IMG/VR virus record: IMGVR_UViG_3300035688_000604
DNA: 37,439 nucleotides
Source of the DNA: a virus
Taxonomy: Duplodnaviria > Heunggongvirae > Uroviricota > Caudoviricetes
Strand: one strand, 5' to 3'
The translations under genes were made by a program, and so were the position numbers. The notes below the pieces were generated by a model. The model ran no database searches and was not told the origin of the DNA. It worked only from the letters and a program-made list of their open reading frames with translations. This document shows, one piece after another, positions 27,448 through 34,479 of this stretch (positions are counted from its first letter, which is position 1; every line of letters starts with the position of its first letter).

Positions 27448-27822
27448 TTATACCCACTCCTGTTTTAATTTGTAAGCACCTTCATGGCTGTAACTTCCGT
27501 CTGGATTTCTGTATAAATGTTCTGAAAGACCATAGACTACATGAAATCCCATATCCATACCAGCACCAGATACCCTCAAACCATCCCTGTCCATATCTCT
27601 TTTATAACCAAGAACTTTTTCTATATACCAATCTATACTTCTCGGTCTGCCATCCTTTCCTATCACAAAACAACTTATGACCCTGAACATACCAGAAGAA
27701 CTGACATGCCTCAAGATAGTATAAACCTTGTAATCAGATTCCTCTAAAATCTTTTTTAACTCATTCTCTGCCTGAGCAAGTTCTTGTTCCTTCAAACCTT
27801 TTTTCCTTATCTTGTGAACCAT
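27448..27822 (-). CDS. MVH-start protein of a conserved phage hypothetical family (GMDMGF motif)
   Basis: VYTILRHVSSSGMFRVI...VSGAGMDMGFHVVYGLS; true start at 27822 (TGATG coupling). Confidence 0.75.
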   Translation of the reverse strand: MVHKIRKKGLKEQELAQAENELKKILEESDYKVYTILRHVSSSGMFRVISCFVIGKDGRPRSIDWYIEKVLGYKRDMDRDGLRVSGAGMDMGFHVVYGLSEHLYRNPDGSYSHEGAYKLKQEWV

Positions 27823-28298
27823 CAATCCCACCATGACCTAATTATTTTCCCGCCTTCTTGTTTTACGAATGGGGCAGGGGCTTTTTTTACTAATCCAACT
27901 TCATCGGCTTCTCCAGTTTTTTTTAATTCTCTCATTATTCTTTGCGGATTATGCCCTTCAGGTTTTATGTAAATGACAACAGAAGATTCTCTTCCCAGTT
28001 TTGTTCTTGCTTTAGGAAATTTCTTCAATATAGAATAAACATTTTCAGGTTCAAACTGATTATACACGCCAGCAATCTTTGCAACTTTTAACCAATCTTC
28101 AGGTATCATATAGGAAGTTCCTTTCCATTTAAGGTTTCTTGTTTGATATGCAATTTTTTCTTCTTTTGGGGTTGATTTTCCTGTTATAAAAGAATCAGCG
28201 TAAGCAACTTTAGTTTTCTCTATTTCTTTTTGAATATCATATTTATGGATTCCTCTACCAAACTTTATTTTCCTTAATTTCATAATTTTGTGAACCAT
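27822..28298 (-). CDS. MVH-start protein (158 aa)
   Basis: MVHKIMK...GRGIHK; YNQF...GRESSVVIYI...ADE. Confidence 0.75.
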   Translation of the reverse strand: MVHKIMKLRKIKFGRGIHKYDIQKEIEKTKVAYADSFITGKSTPKEEKIAYQTRNLKWKGTSYMIPEDWLKVAKIAGVYNQFEPENVYSILKKFPKARTKLGRESSVVIYIKPEGHNPQRIMRELKKTGEADEVGLVKKAPAPFVKQEGGKIIRSWWD

Positions 28299-28510
28299 TA
28301 AACTCTCAACCTCAATCTTCTTCTTTCTTTTTCTAATTTTTCTGGATGTATGAATTCAGGAATTACTCCCTCTTCAGTTTCCCTTCCGACTTCTTTTATG
28401 CTTTTCCCGCTAATCGTTCTGAGACCTCTTATGAAAGCAAGGTTCATTCGTAACTGTCCTTCTAACTCTCCTTTCGTCTCTCCATAAGTCCTGTCAAACA
28501 TGTGAGACAT
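28298..28510 (-). CDS. MSH-start protein (70 aa)
   Basis: MSHMFDRTYGE; ATG at 28510 overlaps the upstream TAA; more likely start than 28561. Confidence 0.65.
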   Translation of the reverse strand: MSHMFDRTYGETKGELEGQLRMNLAFIRGLRTISGKSIKEVGRETEEGVIPEFIHPEKLEKERRRLRLRV

Positions 28511-28722
28511 TATTCTTCTTCCTCTTCTTCTTTTTCTTCTTCCAAACCCATCTCCTTCCAAGTGTCTTCCATTTCTTTTACTACTGATTCCCCTTCTCTA
28601 CTTGCACCCTCACCAAACTCTTCAAGACTCTTCATCTCATTCGTCATATCTTTCCATTCAGCATCCAATTTTCTTTCATATTCAGAGAGTGCATCCGTTT
28701 CTCTAACTTTTTTATGAACCAT
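28510..28722 (-). CDS. MVH-start acidic protein (70 aa)
   Basis: MVHKKVRETD...EEEKEEEEE. Confidence 0.7.
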   Translation of the reverse strand: MVHKKVRETDALSEYERKLDAEWKDMTNEMKSLEEFGEGASREGESVVKEMEDTWKEMGLEEEKEEEEEE

Positions 28723-28724
28723 AA

Positions 28725-28865
28725 TCATTCATCCTCTTCAAACATTTTTTCTCTTTCTTTATCGAGTTTCGCCACGAAGTTTGTCTGATAATCAATCATA
28801 GCACCGAGAGATTTTACAATCTCAATATCTTTCTTCAATTCTTTTTTTGGTTTTTTATGAACTAT
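28725..28865 (-). pseudogene. MVH-type ORF with ATA in place of ATG (46 codons): non-canonical start or pseudogene
   Basis: TAATAGTTCATAAAAAA at the position where neighbours have TAATGGTTCAT; open frame (I)VHKKPKKELKKD...MFEEDE. Confidence 0.55.
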
Positions 28866-29212
28866 TATCTCATCCTCTTTATTTTTCCAGTCTTCTCATC
28901 GACTTTCAATGAGAACTTTTTTTCATACAACGGTCTCCATGATGAAGCACCAAATATCGGGTCTGGCTCAAAACTTATCTTCTGACCAATGACATTCTCA
29001 TAGATTTTTTTGTTTGAAACATAAGGAAAATTCGTAGAACTAATATCGAATGCGTCATCTATACCATCACGCATAGGTCTCCAATCACCTGATATTGTTA
29101 TCATCCTACCGCTTGGTGTTTTTACATCCATACTCCACATAGTTCCCATATCATGGACTGACATGATTATTCCAGTATTTTCAACCTTTGATTTTTTTAT
29201 TCTATGAACCAT
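28865..29212 (-). CDS. MVH-start OB/beta-rich protein (115 aa)
   Basis: ORF track; MVHRIKKSK; fold tentative. Confidence 0.75.
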   Translation of the reverse strand: MVHRIKKSKVENTGIIMSVHDMGTMWSMDVKTPSGRMITISGDWRPMRDGIDDAFDISSTNFPYVSNKKIYENVIGQKISFEPDPIFGASSWRPLYEKKFSLKVDEKTGKIKRMR

Positions 29213-29218
29213 AAATTA

Positions 29219-29368
29219 TCACACCGTTACATTTTTGGGTAATTTTTTAAAAGTTTTCCCATCATACAAAAATAATTCTCCTTTTTGATTTTCGTAAACA
29301 TCTATTTTTGTGTCATGCCCTATTAACATTCCTTTTTGTTTCCAATCCTTTGTTATTTTATGAACCAT
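29219..29368 (-). CDS. MVH-start micro-ORF (49 aa)
   Basis: MVHKITKDWKQKGMLIGHDTKIDVYENQKGELFLYDGKTFKKLPKNVTV. Confidence 0.7.
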   Translation of the reverse strand: MVHKITKDWKQKGMLIGHDTKIDVYENQKGELFLYDGKTFKKLPKNVTV

Positions 29369-29372
29369 CAAA

Positions 29373-29513
29373 TCATCTCTTTCTTTTTAATTCATCATGC
29401 ATATTTTCATTAACAACCCACAATCTATCCGAATAATGTTTATAACTATCTAAATCCCTTTTCTTTATTTTTTCAAGATTTTTTTCGATGTCTTTTAATA
29501 ATCTATGAACCAT
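29373..29513 (-). CDS. MVH-start micro-ORF (46 aa)
   Basis: MVHRLLKDIEKNLEKIKKRDLDSYKHYSDRLWVVNENMHDELKRKR; TAATG coupling. Confidence 0.7.
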   Translation of the reverse strand: MVHRLLKDIEKNLEKIKKRDLDSYKHYSDRLWVVNENMHDELKRKR

Positions 29514-30082
29514 TATACCATCTCCTTCACGACTTCAGCATCAGTCGTTATTGGAATACCGCCACGCTCAACATTTTTTTCGCTTAATCCTTTCATCTCT
29601 CCAGTCAATCTCTTGCATTCTTTTTCAGCACTTTCTTTTGTCTTGTAAACTTTCGGGTCTAATGTCTTCGGCATTCCAGCCATAGGACTCCATTTGATTC
29701 TCCATTTTCCAGTCCATATTGGCTCTCTTATTCTTGGACGCAATTGTGTCCAAGTAGTATTGACTGAATAACCATCATAAGTTCTGAAATACCATTTACT
29801 ATTCATGTGAACAAGATTTTCTTCCCAGTTTGTTTCATCTTCATCTCCTTCATAACTGAGTTGTTGGTCAAAATCAGCAAAACCATCTAAATAATTATGT
29901 TCAAATTTATTGGCATTGCCATAATCCCAAGATTCAACAGCATCGAAAGGTTGTTCCTTATCAAGATAATTTAGAAGTTGTTTTTTAGACATCTTTTTTA
30001 TTTTATCAAAGAATTCCTTCTCAAGTTTATGGATTCCTCTAACTGAATATGCACTACCCTCTTTTTTTTTCATCCTATGCAA
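29513..30082 (-). CDS. MH-start protein (189 aa)
   Basis: TTG-CAT-AGG-ATG; RGIHK at residues 15-19; VYKTKESAEKEC motif. Confidence 0.7.
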   Translation of the reverse strand: MHRMKKKEGSAYSVRGIHKLEKEFFDKIKKMSKKQLLNYLDKEQPFDAVESWDYGNANKFEHNYLDGFADFDQQLSYEGDEDETNWEENLVHMNSKWYFRTYDGYSVNTTWTQLRPRIREPIWTGKWRIKWSPMAGMPKTLDPKVYKTKESAEKECKRLTGEMKGLSEKNVERGGIPITTDAEVVKEMV

Positions 30083-30097
30083 TTTTTACACCAACCT

Positions 30098-30637
30098 TTA
30101 TTTTCTTTCAGGCATAGCCTTTGCTCTTGCTTCTGGAGACATTGACATCCATTCTTTTCTTGCAGGTTCTGTCATTGCAAGTTTTTCTGCTCCTGTCATC
30201 AGATTTTTCTTGACATATTCTCTGTCAGCCACAAACTTTGGCAACGCACCATCAGTATGTTTTCTGAAAACTGTCTGTGCTTGCAACATCTTGAAAACAC
30301 TTGGAGCACCGAATTCTTTTTCTGCTGAACGCAATGCTCTTCTTCTCTGTTCTTCTGAGAAATGAATTCCATATCCATGTTTCTTCAAAGCACCTTTTCT
30401 TGAAATTTTGATTATTTTCTTTCCTCTACCTAACAAACCAACATCAGGTCTGTGTTGCGTCTTTCCTTTGACACCCCATGTCATCTTTTTTCTCTTTGCT
30501 GTGAACACTTTACCTTTCCTGTGGATTTTCCATTCCATTGTCTTCGCTCTTGCAGTAGTCGGTTTTATGACTACCTTTAATTTAGGTCTCCCAAAACCAA
30601 GCGTAACGGCTTTGGTCTTCTTAACTTTGTGAACCAT
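30098..30637 (-). CDS. MVH-start very basic protein with a giant-virus-like C-terminal domain
   Basis: MVHKVKK at 30637; GALKKHGY...RRRAL..A.KEFG..SVFKML.A..VFRK...F.ADREYV recalls an NCLDV family of unknown function (DUF5771-like, from memory). Confidence 0.6.
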   Translation of the reverse strand: MVHKVKKTKAVTLGFGRPKLKVVIKPTTARAKTMEWKIHRKGKVFTAKRKKMTWGVKGKTQHRPDVGLLGRGKKIIKISRKGALKKHGYGIHFSEEQRRRALRSAEKEFGAPSVFKMLQAQTVFRKHTDGALPKFVADREYVKKNLMTGAEKLAMTEPARKEWMSMSPEARAKAMPERK

Positions 30638-30660
30638 CTTTCTCAACCATTAATTTTTAA

Positions 30661-30819
30661 TTACAAACCCAACTTAGTAGCCTTAGCCTTCGCTTCAGAC
30701 TCTGAAGTTAGACCGCCAGCGACAATCTTCCATTCTCCGAACTTCCCAATCTTATCAGGATTCTGCTCGAAGACAGTCCATCTTTTGGTCTTTGGGTTTT
30801 CTTTAACCATGTGAACCAT
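30661..30819 (-). CDS. MVH-start micro-ORF (52 aa)
   Basis: MVHMVKENPKTKRWTVFEQ...GLTSESEAKAKATKLGL; GAGGT RBS. Confidence 0.7.
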   Translation of the reverse strand: MVHMVKENPKTKRWTVFEQNPDKIGKFGEWKIVAGGLTSESEAKAKATKLGL

Positions 30820-30830
30820 ATTTATTTACC

Positions 30831-30986
30831 TCAAACTCTTTTAAATCCAATACCAATATCTTTCAAAGTTCTAACAATAGTTTTTGCTTCACCAATTGAT
30901 TTTGGATAATTATCATGAAATTCATCTATTAGATTATCAACAGTGTTTATGACATCTTTCTCAATTTTAGTGAATTTATGAACCAT
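30831..30986 (-). CDS. MVH-start micro-ORF (51 aa)
   Basis: MVHKFTKIEKDVINTVDNLIDEF...IGFKRV; GGTGA RBS. Confidence 0.7.
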   Translation of the reverse strand: MVHKFTKIEKDVINTVDNLIDEFHDNYPKSIGEAKTIVRTLKDIGIGFKRV

Positions 30987-30990
30987 ATTT

Positions 30991-31092
30991 TCACCTTTTC
31001 TCAAATACAAATACCATACTTTTTCCTTCCCGATACCAGTCTATCGGATACCATCGATTAGGTATTTCTACTCTCCTCTTCATTCTATGCAA
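30991..31092 (-). CDS. MH-start micro-ORF (33 aa)
   Basis: TTG-CAT-AGA-ATG: MHRMKRRVEIPNRWYPIDWYREGKSMVFVFEKR. Confidence 0.55.
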   Translation of the reverse strand: MHRMKRRVEIPNRWYPIDWYREGKSMVFVFEKR

Positions 31093-31097
31093 ATTAA

Positions 31098-31436
31098 TTA
31101 CCTTGCGACTAATCCATATTTTGGAATGTGTGTAGGTCTTGCAAGGACTGTCTTTGTCTTAGATGATTTTAGTTTACTGAATACCGAAGGATATTTTCCT
31201 TTGAACTTCTTGACTGGATGCATCATTCTTTGGACTCTTGTTCCAGCAGTAAACGTAGAATCTGCAAACAACGGTATGAAACCGTCAGTCTTTAACGCTT
31301 CCTTTGGGACTCCTATTGTAAACTTGTATCCGCCACTCTCGATAGTCCTGAAACTTTTTGGATGAAATAGTTCTGGAGAGTAGAATCTCTCCATTACGAA
31401 TTTCTTTCCCAAATGGAATTTATGTTTGTGTGCCAT
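31098..31436 (-). CDS. MAH-start basic protein (112 aa)
   Basis: ORF track; MAHKHKFH. Confidence 0.75.
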   Translation of the reverse strand: MAHKHKFHLGKKFVMERFYSPELFHPKSFRTIESGGYKFTIGVPKEALKTDGFIPLFADSTFTAGTRVQRMMHPVKKFKGKYPSVFSKLKSSKTKTVLARPTHIPKYGLVAR

Positions 31437-31577
31437 TTATCTTCCCTTTTTCTTGAAAATCACTTTAACCATATTTGGTTGCATCTCGTCAGGCTCTGCT
31501 TTAACGAATTCAAATCCTTCTGGTATAAAGACAGTCCTATGCTTGACATTCTTGTGTTTCACATATTTGTGAGCCAA
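31437..31577 (-). CDS. MAH-start micro-ORF (46 aa)
   Basis: TTG-GCT-CAC-AAA after GAGGTGG; MAHKYVKHKNVKHRTVFIPEGFEF...KKKGR. Confidence 0.6.
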   Translation of the reverse strand: MAHKYVKHKNVKHRTVFIPEGFEFVKAEPDEMQPNMVKVIFKKKGR

Positions 31578-31703
31578 TCATTCCACCTCTTTATCTTCTT
31601 CTTCAGGTTTGTTAGCATTCTCCTCTTCTAAAATAGCCTCTGGAGAAATCGGAAGAACGACACCTTCATCGGTGTTACCGTTAGTTCCGTTAGTCTTGTG
31701 CAT
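31578..31703 (-). CDS. MH-start acidic micro-ORF (41 aa), first gene of the array
   Basis: MHKTNGTNGNTDEGVVLPISPEAILEEENANKPEEEDKEVE, directly after promoter copy 3. Confidence 0.55.
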   Translation of the reverse strand: MHKTNGTNGNTDEGVVLPISPEAILEEENANKPEEEDKEVE

Positions 31704-31713
31704 ACTAATCAAA

Positions 31714-31766
31714 CCTAATATATAATAGAGTAGAATAAGTATTTAAAATTTTCTAAAATTTTAAAA
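31714..31766 (-). promoter_or_regulatory. Repeated archaeal promoter element, copy 3 (heads the MVH array)
   Basis: cctaatatataatag...ataagtatttaaaattttctaaaattttaaaa matches copies 1 and 2; TATA at 31740-31747. Confidence 0.7.
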
Positions 31767-31793
31767 AAATTACAAAATCTTATTTTTGAGTAG

Positions 31794-32564
31794 TTATACC
31801 CACATTTTATTCACTATAGAGTCAATACAAGATTCGACATCTTCATAAATTTTATCTTCTGAAAAACGAAAAACCATAAAACCATTCTTTTTTAATTTTC
31901 TGTTTATTTTTCTATCATTTTTATAATTATATTTTTTATGCCAGTATGTTCCATCTGCATAAACACAAATATTAGGCTCTATAAAGATGTCTGGCTGAGT
32001 TATATTTAAAATTGGAATATGAGTCCTAAAAGTTATTTTTCTTTTTTTCAATTCTTTTTGCAATGCTTTCTCTATTAGTGTGTCTTTTAAAGGAATTTTT
32101 TGTTTCATCCGTGCTTTTCTTAATTTTTCTATTATTTCTCTACTCAAATTTTCTCTAAGATGGGCTATTTTATTTTTATCTTTACTTATTTTTGTATGAT
32201 GTTTACCGTAAAAGGGGTTATTTTTACCCTTTAAGTGTATTTCCATCCAATTAGCATAACATTCCATATTACAAAAATGATTTTTTTCATGTAATCGTTT
32301 GTATTTAATAACAAAGATTTCTTTCCCACAAAAAGAACATTTTAGTTTTTTCTTTGACCATCTGGGATGATTCTCACCATTCATAGGTAATCTTATGAGA
32401 TTATTACCACTATACCAACTTTCTCTTCTTGGAATACCAAAAGAAATCATACGAAGCCGTATACAAGTATAACTCACACCAAAAAATTTAGCAATTTCTT
32501 TAATTGTTAATTTTTTATTCCAATACAATATCCTGATTTTGTTATTATCTATAACTTTATCCAT
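31794..32564 (-). mobile_element. Putative homing endonuclease (HTH + Zn-finger + NUMOD3 + Vsr/DUF559-like nuclease)
   Basis: LTIKEIAKFFGVS (HTH), CSFCGK...FCNMEC, GKNNPFYGKHHT (NUMOD3), QPDIF...ADGTYWH...GFMVFRFSE. Confidence 0.75.
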
Positions 32565-32596
32565 ATTACTACTAAAAAATAGTTAAATTTAAATAA

Positions 32597-33602
32597 TTAT
32601 GTTACAGATAATTCATCTTCTGCTTTTCCAGCAACTGTTTTTTTTTCTTTCTTCGCTTTTAATTTATCTAAATCAATCCTTCCTTTGATAACTGCACGGG
32701 CTACAGAAGCCATTTCTTTTATTAATTTTTCGGGGCTACCAAATGGCACTAATAATCTTGCTACAGACATTCTTTCATCGTTTGTTTTACACATCTGGAA
32801 ACTCTCATCCTCTGCTATTGTCTTTATTACATCGAGACGATTCATCTCTCTTTCACCAAATTCCCTTGTCCTTATCAATTCAATCTGTTTGTCCTTTTTG
32901 TATTCATACTGAGCCATGAACTCCTGACATTTACCATATCTTGGGCAGACATCCTGTATACATGTGATTATTGTTTCCCTTCCTTTGTAGACTGTTGGTT
33001 TTGCAAAGAGACCGCAATGAAAAAGCCAACCGATAGGTATGACTACAACACCCATAGGAACTTTCGAGACTGTTGAAACTGAAATATTGTAAAGTATGCA
33101 ACGAACTAACAAGTGCTCAAAGTTTTTACCAAAACATTCAAGACCAAGTTGGCTGTTTCTTCCAACAAATTCATGGGGAATGTGCAATTTGGAATTTTTC
33201 AACTCACAAATTTTGACACCAATAAGTATGAATTTGATTCTTGGCTATGATGTTTGACATATCCTCAAGGACTTGCATTTCCGTATAAGACCCTGCTCCC
33301 GAATGTGTTTCTGTTTGCTCATCAATCTGAAATGTCGAGCCAAAAGGTAACGTTGGTGTTTTTAATTTTTCAAGATATTCAATCTCATTCGCACAGACAT
33401 GCCACAAAGTAAAAGGAACTTGAGTTAAATTCGCAGTGAATTTAGACAGAGCAGTAACTACAGTGGATTTACCTGTTCGTGTTCCGCCTTTTACTTCCAT
33501 ACCAATGTTTTCTCTGTATCTTGTTTTGTAATCCAGAAACTCGAAAAAAAGTTTTGTCTTTGATTTCCCTATACATTCTGCGAAGGCAGTAGACTGAGAC
33601 AT
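32597..33602 (-). CDS. P-loop ATPase (putative viral packaging/assembly ATPase), split by a 34-nt intron; spliced product 323 aa
   Basis: Walker A GGTRTGKST and Walker B FQIDE in 33204-33602; continues in a shifted frame (32597-33202); removing 33180-33213 gives ...QIHTYWCHPHEFVGRN... Confidence 0.7.
33180..33213 (-). other. Bulge-helix-bulge (archaeal-type) intron, 34 nt
   Basis: GUGU-[CAA]-AAUUUG-loop15-CAAAUU-GCAC-[AUU]: 4-bp central helix, two 3-nt bulges, 6-bp inner stem, outer 9-bp CAAAUUCAU/AUGAAUUUG helix; cutting after nt 2 of each bulge restores the frame. Confidence 0.75.
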
Positions 33603-33772
33603 TTTTTCTTGGATTTGGTCTTTTTACATGATAGGAATGATATTGACACTCACCATCATCTTGTATTGGGTCTATGCTCAATAATCATATAATTGATTAT
33701 CAATCTACATGCCAATCAAGTTGATTTATGTTCAGATTTGCAAGTGTATTCGTAAAGAACGTCACATTATTT

Positions 33773-34477
33773 TCACCCCCTTATTATTTTATTAACTTCT
33801 TGCCTTACTTCTGTTGGTTTTTTTAATTCTTCATCAGTAAAGCGTATAACATTCCATCCTAATTTATTTAGGTATTTGGTTCGTAATAAATCTTTCTTTT
33901 TATCTGTATGCCATCTTTTACCATCAGTTTCTATTGCTAATTTAATCTCAGGTATAGCAAAATCTAACCAATACGGATAAACATTATAATTGAAGAAAAA
34001 ATCTTTCTTATATGCAAATCCTGAATCGGAAAGAATTCTAAACATAACTTTTTCCGTTGATTTTTTCATTCTATTTCTATTCTTCGATAAGATATGATTA
34101 GGATGTTTTTCTGGATGGATTTTATATAATTCTTTTTTTAATTTACTTTGAAGTGGTTGAGGATTCCCTTTTTTAGCAAGGCTCATTTTTGTTTTACTTT
34201 CTTTTTTATGAGTTTTACCATACATTGAATTATTTTTACCTTTATTTAAATTTTTAGTATGGCATAACCAATTTTTATATTTCTCCGAATTGGTTTTTTT
34301 AAAATTATCCATACCTATTTTTGTGCCTATTTTTATGTGTTCTATCATTTTTTTACGAATGTTTAAAATTTTCCATTGATTTAATGTTTGTTTCCTTTTA
34401 AGTTCTCTATATTTTTTACTTCTAACAATCTCTAAATGTTTCATTCTTATTTCTGGAATTTTCATTGGATTTACCAT
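33773..34477 (-). mobile_element. Putative homing endonuclease (NUMOD3 + DUF559/Vsr-like nuclease)
   Basis: GKNNSMYGKTHKKESKTKMS (NUMOD3); YWLDFA...KLAIETDGKRWH...GWNVIRFT. Confidence 0.75.
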
Positions 34478-34479
34478 AA

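Noticed and set aside
19858-31703. CRISPR array or classical integron attC array as the explanation for the recurring ATGGTTCA motif
   Set aside because: The repeat is only 8-12 nt, spacing is highly variable (about 100-850 nt) and coding, and no 25-45 nt repeats, attC-like inverted-repeat hairpins, cas genes or integrase are visible
33469-33681. 70-aa minus-strand ORF overlapping the ATPase start
   Set aside because: Out-of-frame overlap of more than 130 nt with the Walker A region; TTG start without a clear RBS
33625-33715. CATG-TAG...CATG-TAA as a BHB intron
   Set aside because: The inner helix has only 2 bp, and canonical splicing leads into the spurious 33469 frame rather than the ATPase
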